This document shows, piece after piece, positions 38,206 through 47,243 of a stretch of DNA of 64,000 nt (position 1 is its first letter; each line of letters starts with the position of its first letter). A program made the position numbers and the translations under genes. Source of the stretch: Candidatus Dojkabacteria bacterium (GTDB lineage Bacteria > Patescibacteriota > Dojkabacteria > GCA-002793355); the NCBI GenBank assembly GCA_030583825.1, contig CP129477.1, positions 694,294-758,293 of the forward strand, read 5' to 3'. A model generated the notes under the pieces. The model was not told where the DNA came from, did no database searches, and was given only the letters and a program-made list of their open reading frames with translations.

Positions 38206-38270
38206 AAAAGCACGCAGGTTTAGCTAACAGATGGTTTATTTAGCGTTAAGAACCGAGTATTTCCCTGGAG
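38206..38270 (-). repeat. 3'-proximal repeat family B, copy 2 (minus orientation)
   Basis: The reverse complement reads ...aaatactcggttcttaacgctaaataaaccatctgttagctaaacctgcgtgctttt. It starts 14 nt after the stop of the DUF2207 gene on the minus strand. Confidence 0.6.
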
Positions 38271-38284
38271 CAGAATGTTTTAAC

Positions 38285-40327
38285 TTACCACCCACCGCCT
38301 CCGCCACCACCTCCACCGCCGCCTGAGGAGCCTCCGCCATATCCGGAGCTGCTTGTTGGGTTAACAGATGCTGCGGCAACACTTGAAGAAAGGCTATTAC
38401 TGAATGACTGACCAAAATTAGAGGAGAAATATGCGATATTGTGACCTGCGTACCAGTTTGGTTCGTATCCCGATGCACGAGCGTTTTCAATAATATCATG
38501 AAATTCCTTTGTCCATGCCGTTTCTACGTCAAAAGCAATAGCAAATGGCAGTAATTTTTCATATGTTTTAATGTCTTTAGGTAGCTCTTTGTTAAAGAAC
38601 TTTATTCGTTCTTCTTCTGCGAGTGTCATATATCGTTTTAGTCCGTCCAGTGCGTTTTGTGCTTCTGACCCTTTCGCTGTTCGAGCTTTAATTGCAGAGA
38701 AGAACACTGAATGTAAGATAAGTTGAATGAATAGGCTCATGACTCCAAATACCGAGATGTAAATGCTCGAAAAAAACAATGTGAAAAGACCGACACAGGC
38801 GAATGGAATAAGAAATGCGGAAGAGAGAAGTCTTTGAAGTGTCGGCATTTGTGCTGTAAATGCACCACGAATGATTGTGACAACTACGCCGTTCCAAATG
38901 ATTGCAAAAAGTAAAAGACCGTATGCATCTCCGCCGCCAGCTCTTGCCATGTCTATAAGGATAATAAGTCCGTATAATCCGCTGATAAGCAATCCCAGAA
39001 CAAAGTATTGAATGCCGCGAGTAAAATATGTGCCATCAAATTGTCTGCCAAGTGAATGCTTAAATTGGTTTGTCATTTCTTCAATCTTTTTATAGTAGGC
39101 AGAGGAAAACAACAGTGTTTTTGTGTCTCCTGGGAACATCATTGCGTAAAGAACTTGCTCATCGTCGGTAAGCGACGCAACTCCTGTTGTTAGTTTTTCG
39201 ACTGCGAACTTTTCTTCACTGAAAAAAGGAACGCCTTTTACTGAAATCTTGGTTGTAACATCATAATCTTTTGCCGGAAGATCTCCTGCACGCTCTACCT
39301 CAAATGCTTCACTATCGGTAACTTCGATAATTTTAATATATCCTTTAACTGCGAGGCCAATAATTGTAGCGGTGAGCGCTTTTGAGTCATATCCCATTTG
39401 AGTAAGATACCTACTTGCGCCAGGGCTAATTCCGTCAACGGGTTTATACTGCGGAACAGCGACTCTAATGCCCTTGTCACGTCCAAAAAGCCACCATAAA
39501 CCAAAGTAAAACACGGTAAGCACCAAAGTGAGGACAACACCCCCAAATGCCGAAATATTGTCAAATATGAAGCGTAGAGTGCCTTGTATGGTGGTCGGCT
39601 CAGGGATAATTCCCTTTGGAAAAGTGACGACCGCTGTCATTCCTTCAAGCTGGTCAAGGCTGCGTGTTGCCTCGATAACTACTGCTGGACGTCCGTTTTG
39701 CTGAGTCTTATGAAATCTTACCGCTTGCTCGTTTGAGCCAGAAATACCGGTGAATCCCTTTACCATCACGCTTGCAATCGTGGTTTCTTCAGGAAGTAAA
39801 ATCGTTGCTTTCGCTTCATTAATAGGGAACTTCCAGTCATTGCCGGTGATGTTGTAGTAGAGCTCGTCGTATTCAGGGAAAAATCCTATTTGCCGAGTAG
39901 TTTTGTATGTAATTTCATATACATAGCGTCCTGGAGGAATGACGATATCTTCGTCTCCAATGTAAATTCTCTGTCCATTGGTCAGTGTTTCTGTGCTATA
40001 AGGCTCGTTCTTTCCATCCTTTTTAATGTTGAGGATAGAAAATCCGCGCAGCGATTTGAATCCAAAGCCGTGGGGATATGCAGTAGGGAAGTCTCGGTAA
40101 ATGCCGTGGTTTATATTGATATTCTTGGCAGTAACGGTGATTTTTTCAGTGACGATTAAATCGCCGTTTTTCTGTACATCAATGATACTTTCCCATGTTT
40201 CAATTGCTTCACGTGCTGGTGCAAAGCCCAAAGGTGAACTTTGTGCCGCGACTGGTGAAATTATAAACAAGCTTAGAAAAATGCCGAACATAACGGCAAT
40301 ATAAAAAAGTATCAATTTGGATTTCAT
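38285..40327 (-). CDS. DUF2207-family membrane protein with a poly-Gly C-terminus
   Basis: The 680-aa product has a signal peptide, a large extracellular domain, about four transmembrane helices and a cytoplasmic tail ending SSSGYGGGSSGGGGGGGGGGGW. This architecture is typical of COG4907/DUF2207. Confidence 0.6.
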   Translation of the reverse strand: MKSKLILFYIAVMFGIFLSLFIISPVAAQSSPLGFAPAREAIETWESIIDVQKNGDLIVTEKITVTAKNININHGIYRDFPTAYPHGFGFKSLRGFSILNIKKDGKNEPYSTETLTNGQRIYIGDEDIVIPPGRYVYEITYKTTRQIGFFPEYDELYYNITGNDWKFPINEAKATILLPEETTIASVMVKGFTGISGSNEQAVRFHKTQQNGRPAVVIEATRSLDQLEGMTAVVTFPKGIIPEPTTIQGTLRFIFDNISAFGGVVLTLVLTVFYFGLWWLFGRDKGIRVAVPQYKPVDGISPGASRYLTQMGYDSKALTATIIGLAVKGYIKIIEVTDSEAFEVERAGDLPAKDYDVTTKISVKGVPFFSEEKFAVEKLTTGVASLTDDEQVLYAMMFPGDTKTLLFSSAYYKKIEEMTNQFKHSLGRQFDGTYFTRGIQYFVLGLLISGLYGLIILIDMARAGGGDAYGLLLFAIIWNGVVVTIIRGAFTAQMPTLQRLLSSAFLIPFACVGLFTLFFSSIYISVFGVMSLFIQLILHSVFFSAIKARTAKGSEAQNALDGLKRYMTLAEEERIKFFNKELPKDIKTYEKLLPFAIAFDVETAWTKEFHDIIENARASGYEPNWYAGHNIAYFSSNFGQSFSNSLSSSVAAASVNPTSSSGYGGGSSGGGGGGGGGGGW

Positions 40328-40388
40328 TATAAGTAGTATAAGCCTTTTTATATATTTGGTGAAGGAGGTATGACCTCAGTCGCAAATA

Positions 40389-42170
40389 TTATCGTCGGCC
40401 AAAGAATGCTTCGCGGCTGAGCAAATCAGGATCGGGAATATCCATTGGGCTGAGTATTGGATCGCTTTTAGCAATTGCAGTACCGGTTTGTGCGCAAAGA
40501 TAGCGATAATCAGCTTGCCCTCCTACTTTTACGCGCAATCGGGTAAAGTAATGTGCTTTCTTAGGGTCTGTATGCATTACAAATGGTGTTGCATGTCCCA
40601 GTGGAAGGAGGTTTATAAGAAATGAGTAGTCAGTAATATTTGGGCAAGCCTCATGGACAGTCTCAAGAAAGTTATACACTTCTTGATAATATTGTTCCAT
40701 GTCTTCTCTGAATTGATCACGAACTTCGGCTAATTCTGGTATATGAGTAAGGTGGTAAGGCAATATATATCCGCGTGAAAGGATCTGGTGTGCCTGGTGA
40801 TAGTCCATGGCTTTTCCATACAAAGTCGGCAATGGAGTAAATCTTCCCATTGCACGATGTCGGTTAAAGTCTCGATTAATGCCGATAGGTGCATAATATA
40901 TAACCATATGTTCGGAAGTCACAGCCTGCTGCGGAAGCTGTTCATGGTCTGTATGTCCATTGAAGATAATGCTTCCTATTGCGCGTTTTTGGTCTATACT
41001 CAACGTTGTCACCCAGCTAAGGGTTTGAGATAGTGAAGCATTCGGATGTAGTGTCAGAATATACTGTGCAATCATTTTTTCACTTGTTGTATATTCTCCT
41101 CCGACAACTTTTACACCAAGCTTACGTTCTCCTCTAAAATCTGTCGCAATGCTTACTGCTTGGAAAAAATCAGTTTCAGTGCGAAGAAAATCTTCCAGCA
41201 CCGTTAAATTTTCATGAAATTGAGTATCGGCTTCGGTATGTTTTACCAACGATGGCGCTTCTGCGACATAACCGAGTTTCTCTTCAGTTAACTCGTCGGG
41301 TGCCAAAAGCCGCTGCAATTGTTCTCCTAATCGTACGTCTGAGTCAAGCTCGGATGCTTTTAACTCTGCAATCACAATAGACCAAGTTCTTGCTGTCGCT
41401 TTTTTTGACATTCCTGTTCGTTGTCCGAATAAAAAGAAGAATCGTGCGCAATCCATAGCTCTCATTTGTAGAGTTTTGTCTTCTTTTGTTCCCTGAGGAC
41501 TATAGTGTAATGCCAATGCATCAGACGCTCGGTCATAATTCCTATGAAACATATCGAGAGCTATTTCTCCGAGCCTTTGGTATTCTGTATTGATTGTATC
41601 CCACTGCTCTGGAGTAAACTGTTCTCTGGCAAGAGAATTTTGTAACGGAACAAGAGGCTTTTTCCCAAAGCCTATTTGATACCGGGTAGATTTTTCTTGT
41701 CCGGCATGAACCTGTGTCATGTGAAATAGTCGCATTGCTTGAACCATCGAGATATTTTCGAGATCTACGTACACTTCTGCTAAGTCAGCAATAGAGTTTT
41801 CTCCATAATTTATTGCGAATTTTTCTAATCTTCCGGCACTATCAACATTTTCATGTACTACTTGTCTCATAATATACAGAATATTTCCTGGCTCTCGAGA
41901 GTGACGAGCAGCTGTCCATGCCCGTACCGAGGCTGTTCTCCCTGCATTTCTTTCTGTCGTAGTACTTACAGTAACGCCTGTCTCTTTGTCGCGTAATTGG
42001 AATAAGTTGACTGGTACTTCGCCATTCTCTGCGAGATATCCTTCCCATTCATAGTCTGCCTCATCGAGGGAAATATCTGGAGAAAGGGGAACTTCAAGCG
42101 GGGTTAATTCTTGTACATTTGGGGATTTTCCGTTTTGGTGTGAGCCACCTTTTTTCTCTGTTGAAGACAT
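40389..42170 (-). CDS. Hypothetical protein, possibly tandem ThyX-like (FAD-dependent thymidylate synthase fold)
   Basis: The first half shows SMVQAMRLFHMTQVHAGQEKSTRYQ and CARFFFLFGQRTGMS. These resemble the ThyX segments [23 protein letters not shown] and TRFFWTVNARSLMNFL, although RHR is replaced by HMT. The second half contains NRHRAMGRF. The 593-aa length suggests two domains. The assignment is tentative. Confidence 0.3.
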   Translation of the reverse strand: MSSTEKKGGSHQNGKSPNVQELTPLEVPLSPDISLDEADYEWEGYLAENGEVPVNLFQLRDKETGVTVSTTTERNAGRTASVRAWTAARHSREPGNILYIMRQVVHENVDSAGRLEKFAINYGENSIADLAEVYVDLENISMVQAMRLFHMTQVHAGQEKSTRYQIGFGKKPLVPLQNSLAREQFTPEQWDTINTEYQRLGEIALDMFHRNYDRASDALALHYSPQGTKEDKTLQMRAMDCARFFFLFGQRTGMSKKATARTWSIVIAELKASELDSDVRLGEQLQRLLAPDELTEEKLGYVAEAPSLVKHTEADTQFHENLTVLEDFLRTETDFFQAVSIATDFRGERKLGVKVVGGEYTTSEKMIAQYILTLHPNASLSQTLSWVTTLSIDQKRAIGSIIFNGHTDHEQLPQQAVTSEHMVIYYAPIGINRDFNRHRAMGRFTPLPTLYGKAMDYHQAHQILSRGYILPYHLTHIPELAEVRDQFREDMEQYYQEVYNFLETVHEACPNITDYSFLINLLPLGHATPFVMHTDPKKAHYFTRLRVKVGGQADYRYLCAQTGTAIAKSDPILSPMDIPDPDLLSREAFFGRR

Positions 42171-42193
42171 AAATAATTTTAAGGAATTGTCTT

Positions 42194-42415
42194 CTATAAC
42201 ACAAGAGTCACGGTTTTTCTCTTGCTTTTTTGCCCTGAAGTAATCTTTACACAGAGTTTTGGCACATGAAATGCTTTTGCGATTGCCTCGATAACTGCGA
42301 GATTTGCTTTATTATCTTCGGGCGGTTCAGGAACGTGAACGATAAGATGTGTCGCGTCAATATATTCGACGCGTTTTTCTTTTGCTCTTGGTTTTACCGT
42401 GACAAATAACTGCAT
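42194..42415 (-). CDS. DUF167 (YggU/UPF0235) family protein
   Basis: The 73-aa product reads VKPRAKEKRVEYIDATHLIVHVPEPPEDNKANLAVIEAIAKAF, matching the DUF167 core. Confidence 0.55.
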   Translation of the reverse strand: MQLFVTVKPRAKEKRVEYIDATHLIVHVPEPPEDNKANLAVIEAIAKAFHVPKLCVKITSGQKSKRKTVTLVL

Positions 42416-42450
42416 CTCTAATTATAATACATCTTGGTGTGTCGCGATTG

Positions 42451-42897
42451 TTACGATTTTGTAAGAATCTTTACAGAAATTTTACCAACCGGTGTTTTAA
42501 CGAAAACAATATCTCCAGGTTTATTGTGAAGAATTTCTTTTCCAATAGGCGAATCTACCGAAAGAAAGTTCTTCTTTGGATTTGCTTCGATACTTGAAAC
42601 TAGGGTAAACGTTTCTTTCTTACTCATAAACTCAATCGTGACAGTATCACCGAGAAGTATTGTTTTATGCTTTGTTTTTGTGATGATAGTTGCTGTCGCG
42701 AGGATGTCATCAATTTCAAATAAGCGAATTCGTGTCGCTTCTAAATCTTCTTTCGCTGTAAGCCATGGATTGTTTTCGGGCAGGTCACCGTCTTCATTGG
42801 CGGCAGTTAAGCGTTTGCGTATTTCTGGGAGAAGAACTTCTTGAATATGTTTTTTCTCATTTTTGAGGCGAGTTATTGCTCGTGGTGTCAGCTCCAT
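42451..42897 (-). CDS. greA: Transcription elongation factor GreA
   Basis: The product shows an N-terminal coiled coil with acidic tip residues (DGDLPENNPW) and a C-terminal FKBP-like domain (SPIGKEILHNKPGDIVFVKTPVG). Confidence 0.75.
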   Translation of the reverse strand: MELTPRAITRLKNEKKHIQEVLLPEIRKRLTAANEDGDLPENNPWLTAKEDLEATRIRLFEIDDILATATIITKTKHKTILLGDTVTIEFMSKKETFTLVSSIEANPKKNFLSVDSPIGKEILHNKPGDIVFVKTPVGKISVKILTKS

Positions 42898-43007
42898 GCG
42901 TGTATTTTTAGCTCAATAATTATCATTTACGAAATTTGTTAATGAAGGTAACAATGACTCTTAGTAGGATAGTATGCTTCGAAATAAGGGGAACTTTTAC
43001 GTAAAAA

Positions 43008-44252
43008 ATGACTAGAAACGAAGCAAGAACTATAGATTCACGGTATAATAGAGGTATGAAAATAGATCTGGGTGACGAGAAAAGTACCAAACCTATTAAA
43101 AAAGGAGGAATACCTGTCCGAATTCTGACTGTACTTATCCTTTCGGTGACGCTTGTTATTATTGGCACAGTAATTGGCATCTATACAACGCAAAAACCTG
43201 AGCAATCCGTAAATGTAACCCCAACTCCTACGCCAACACAAGCTGAAGCAGAACCAAGTGGAACACCAACGCCATCTCCAACGTCTCTGCCTCGTCGAGT
43301 TGCGTATATTACCGATAATGACCTTTGGACAATTTCACTTGATGGAACACATAAAGAGAAAATTGCTGCGGTAACATTGCCTACACAAGGAGTCGTAACT
43401 TCACTCTTTTGGAAAAATGCCTCAACAGTAAGCTATGCCGCGTGTACGCCTCAGAAAAAATGCACAGTGTATGATGTTTTGATCATACAAAAGCAAATAA
43501 ATCCCGTCGCTACCGATATTTCTGGAGAAAAACTCTTTGGAGCATGGGCAAATAATACGCAGCTACTACTGGGCATACAAAATCAAGGAACGTCTTCCGG
43601 CAGTGTAAATGACTCAATTTCTATAAGGAATGGCAGTAGTCCCGTAGCAACACTAAAAGGCGTATCAGCAAGTGGGGTATTTCTCGATGGCTATAAAGAC
43701 GATATCTTTCGTATAAGTAAGCTTCTTAATGGGTCGCAAGTGGTGGCACACGATGTTCGCGCCGGAAACAGTGGGATTGATTATAATGACAATACTTTTG
43801 TCATAGAAAATGGAAGAATCATTGCAACAGCAAAGTCCTCAAGTGCGGCATTACTGAGTCAGTCTAAGCTTGCTGTCATTTACCGCGACACGTTGGAAGT
43901 TAAAGACATCACTAAAAATGAAAGTACTTCTTATCAGATAGTATTTGGTCTTGATGAAACACTATTTCAACTGCGTGCAGCAGCTGATGGTAATCGTGTA
44001 TCGTTCTGGACACCGGCAAAAACGAAGAGTATTACGTTTATGTACGATATCTCCAGAAAAGAGCGAACATTACTGCATGAGCAATTTGTTCCTGAATATG
44101 GCTGGGTGACAGACTCTCTTATTTTAGGGCGATCAACACTTGCACAAAGTAGTGATTATCGTGTTAATACTGGACTTGCCTTGTTGAATGTAACAACCAA
44201 AGAGCTAAAAGGCTTAGTGAACGAGGCCGTCAGTATTTACTCTGTTGAATAA
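43008..44252 (+). CDS. Hypothetical secreted/membrane-anchored protein
   Basis: It has an N-terminal transmembrane helix and a Pro/Thr-rich linker (TPTPTPTQAEAEPSGTPTPSPTS) followed by a beta-rich domain. The real start may be the Met at 43056. Confidence 0.4.
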   Translation: MTRNEARTIDSRYNRGMKIDLGDEKSTKPIKKGGIPVRILTVLILSVTLVIIGTVIGIYTTQKPEQSVNVTPTPTPTQAEAEPSGTPTPSPTSLPRRVAYITDNDLWTISLDGTHKEKIAAVTLPTQGVVTSLFWKNASTVSYAACTPQKKCTVYDVLIIQKQINPVATDISGEKLFGAWANNTQLLLGIQNQGTSSGSVNDSISIRNGSSPVATLKGVSASGVFLDGYKDDIFRISKLLNGSQVVAHDVRAGNSGIDYNDNTFVIENGRIIATAKSSSAALLSQSKLAVIYRDTLEVKDITKNESTSYQIVFGLDETLFQLRAAADGNRVSFWTPAKTKSITFMYDISRKERTLLHEQFVPEYGWVTDSLILGRSTLAQSSDYRVNTGLALLNVTTKELKGLVNEAVSIYSVE

Positions 44253-45752
44253 CTTTTCTCGCCAGTAATAAGGAGTAGTAAATGCTCCTGCTGGAATTAT
44301 TTCAACTCCATATTTGGAAAGTTGCTCGTTGAGTGCCAGTCGTGCAGATTCGGTTTCTTTGTCGTATACCTCTTGGAATGTGAGCTTGCTTGTTTTGTAA
44401 AAGCCTTCTCCGTAGTGAGTATCGAGTTCGCGTTCAAGTAACCCGGCGTCTTTTGATAAGTAGATTTCCTCCCAGGCCTCGGGAGCAATCTTATCTAAAG
44501 AAAGTATGGTGAATACTGGAAGGGAATAGGTCGTAGTGGTGGGATATGTTTGGTATCGGCTCATAATCTTTAGTGTGAAGTACTGAGTGAGCCCTTCTTC
44601 AAAAAAGCGATCTAAATAGTGATTCTGCGTGTCACTTGTGTAGTGTAGATACTCGTGGACTAACGTTGAGACAGTAAGGTATCCGTCTCTGCCGGCAAGA
44701 AACTTTACACTAATCTTATCTGGTGGGAAAAAATGTCCGACTTCCTGTGCAGGAGCCTTTATTCGCGCCTGAATTTCCTCTTTATCTGAAAGAAGCTTCT
44801 GTTTATGAGCTTGCCACTCCTTTAGTGCATTTTCTGCTTCGGTAATCAGTCGCGAGGAATAGCGATTTCGTTTCATCTGCGCAATCCATGTTGTTAGTTC
44901 ACGAATCGTTTTATCCGCCTCGGTAATATATTGTTCCTGCTGTTTTAGAAGCGATGTCAATTGCGTGTTGATATAGTCAATATACTCATCTTCTCGAAGA
45001 ATTTGTGCCTGCGGAAAACTCTTTGTAGGAAAATTATCGAACTCACAGGTGATGAGCTTTTGAGCTAGCGGCGCAGCGAGAGGTTGTAACATTTCTGGAG
45101 GCGTTTTTAAAAGAAAGAGAGTGTCTTGGAATACGAAGCTTCCGTATGTCGTAGGAAGTGTCAAGTAGTTAAAGTCTACTGTAGGAGGAGCAATGGATTG
45201 CCTAATAAATGAGCTGTAGCTTTTTTCTTTTAGCGAGATATCCGCGATCTTTTTAAATGCATCTGATTCTGAAAAGGAAATTGCCGGGCAAGCCTCTTGG
45301 GAGAGTAGAAATTCTCTTGACACTTCTACTTCTGTACGAATCTGCGGGCGTATACTGTCAGGAAGGTATTCTTGCAAAGGAGAAAGTTCGTTATATACGA
45401 GAAGGAGGGTGATAAAGAATGAAAAGTGAATAGCAAGTACCATTGCGCTGAGTGTAGAGAATACAAACGAGCTAAATACCCTTAAAAACTGTTTTGATTT
45501 TGCTTTCTGCCCATTCAGGTAGGAATCGGCTAATACCCAGCTTAAAAGGGCAATAAAAAGCGTTAGCGCGATAAATCCAGGGATTCCAAGAAGTGCGGTA
45601 AATGAACGGTAAAAAGCGAGTACCATTCCATCTGAAGGGATGTAAGGAAGTCTGTACAAAGCGACATAGGTACAAAGAAGTGTTCCCGCAGTAATTAGCC
45701 CGATAGGAATAAAGATTGTTTGACCGTACGTCCAACGTACATTCTTTTTCAT
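44214..45752 (-). CDS. Hypothetical polytopic membrane protein with an HExxH motif
   Basis: It has about four N-terminal transmembrane helices. The C-terminal soluble domain contains VSTLVHEYLHYTSD, a possible zinc-metallopeptidase motif. Confidence 0.4.
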   Translation of the reverse strand: MKKNVRWTYGQTIFIPIGLITAGTLLCTYVALYRLPYIPSDGMVLAFYRSFTALLGIPGFIALTLFIALLSWVLADSYLNGQKAKSKQFLRVFSSFVFSTLSAMVLAIHFSFFITLLLVYNELSPLQEYLPDSIRPQIRTEVEVSREFLLSQEACPAISFSESDAFKKIADISLKEKSYSSFIRQSIAPPTVDFNYLTLPTTYGSFVFQDTLFLLKTPPEMLQPLAAPLAQKLITCEFDNFPTKSFPQAQILREDEYIDYINTQLTSLLKQQEQYITEADKTIRELTTWIAQMKRNRYSSRLITEAENALKEWQAHKQKLLSDKEEIQARIKAPAQEVGHFFPPDKISVKFLAGRDGYLTVSTLVHEYLHYTSDTQNHYLDRFFEEGLTQYFTLKIMSRYQTYPTTTTYSLPVFTILSLDKIAPEAWEEIYLSKDAGLLERELDTHYGEGFYKTSKLTFQEVYDKETESARLALNEQLSKYGVEIIPAGAFTTPYYWREKLFNRVNTDGLVH

Positions 45753-45991
45753 ACTGGATATTTTACAGCAATATTCCCTTAAACAAAGTAGTATATTTCA
45801 CGGCGTATGAAACATATACGGTTTGTGTGGTTAAAACTGTGCTTAAATGGGTCAACTATATACGTTCAGTGAGATACTCTAAACATACTTGAGTGGTGAA
45901 TAAGGAAAACTATACTATGTTCTTTGGAGAGATAGAAACTTATAAATACTCTTCTTAAGGCGGTTTTTACTACGTTCTACGGGACTGATTA

Positions 45992-46011
45992 ATATACCTC
46001 TACGGGTATAT
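45992..46011. promoter_or_regulatory. Second degenerate copy of the ATATACCC-N4-GGGTATAT palindrome
   Basis: ATATACCTCTACGGGTATAT matches 16/20 positions of the site at 57610-57629. It lies in the 400-bp intergenic region between divergent genes (45752 minus and 46161 plus). Confidence 0.4.
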
Positions 46012-46160
46012 GCTGAAAAGAAAAGTATCCTTTCTTTACTCTCTCTAAGATAGTGGGTGCGATAGGAATGAATAGACTATGTGTATAGTCTTTATTGTTC
46101 TCCTTTACTTATTTTGAGGCCTCAAGTACTATTCTTATTAACTAAGTTATCTTTTTTATT

Positions 46161-46568
46161 ATGAAAAAAGATTTTCCGTACCTTTCAGTTGTCAGTTATG
46201 GAGCAGGGCATTGGTTCACAGTACTTGCAATTTCATTTTTGTTATTCTCATTTCGTCAAAATGAACCTATTTTCTTTGAATCGCTTATTTCACTTACCCT
46301 CGTCGCAGTCACAATCTTTTTTGGGTTTATTTTCTTAAGGCGATATCGTCCAATTTCTTCGAAAGAAGCGTTGCTAACTGGTTTTGTATGGATGCTTGTA
46401 AATCTCGCCCTAGACCAGCTTTTGTTTATGTGGGGGCCAATGAAAATGAATTTGATCGCGTATGTTAAAGACATTGGAGTAACCTATCTCATGGTTCCAG
46501 CAATTATTTGGGCAATGGAGTACTACCACGAGAGTGTAGTCAGAAAAGAGAAGTCAGAGAAAAAGTAG
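46161..46568 (+). CDS. Small membrane protein
   Basis: The 135-aa product has about four hydrophobic helices. Confidence 0.4.
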   Translation: MKKDFPYLSVVSYGAGHWFTVLAISFLLFSFRQNEPIFFESLISLTLVAVTIFFGFIFLRRYRPISSKEALLTGFVWMLVNLALDQLLFMWGPMKMNLIAYVKDIGVTYLMVPAIIWAMEYYHESVVRKEKSEKK

Positions 46569-46708
46569 AAATATATCCCTCACAGCTTTAAGAGAGTAGC
46601 ATGTGTTGTTTTTTTATATTTGGGGGTTAAAACAGGCAGAATTTGTAACGGGAAGGAATAGATTGGTTACAAACCCTGCCTGGGAACGGGGGAGGTGTGG
46701 CATGTTAG

Positions 46709-47194
46709 TCACTGATCTGTCTGTGGTGGACGAGAGGATTCTCGCTTACGACGGTATTCGACTAATACAAACGCGACTGCTTCAATTATATTACTTGCTT
46801 TTGCAGTTGCGGTTACACCGTTGAATAGGATTGAAGCGTTGTATCCGTCAAGTTTTCTGCTGATATGTATCTCAATCGCGATTCTGTAGATACCAGAGAT
46901 ATTGACGAAATTCAACATTCCAACAGTCATGGCAGACCAATGGGGAGATTCAGCAATAATGCCTTGCATTTGCTGCAAGCAATTCGCAACTGCTGTTTCA
47001 ATATAGTGCCCATTGCCGACAAATTCGTTCTCTCCGGATTTCAGAAAAAACGAAATTGGTGAGTCTTCATTTCCAGTCGCTTTTGCCAGACCGGATAACT
47101 CACCTATGAAAAGATTCGAGATTGCAATTTGTAGCTCTGTTGCCACTGCCTTTCTCCTTTGTATAGGATCTTCTGATAGAGAATTATACCACAA
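46709..47194 (-). CDS. Hypothetical protein
   Basis: This is a 161-aa ORF with no recognised motif. Confidence 0.35.
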   Translation of the reverse strand: MWYNSLSEDPIQRRKAVATELQIAISNLFIGELSGLAKATGNEDSPISFFLKSGENEFVGNGHYIETAVANCLQQMQGIIAESPHWSAMTVGMLNFVNISGIYRIAIEIHISRKLDGYNASILFNGVTATAKASNIIEAVAFVLVEYRRKRESSRPPQTDQ

Positions 47195-47243
47195 ATGACC
47201 TATAATATCAATTTGCCATGCAGCTAAATATAACTATTACAGG

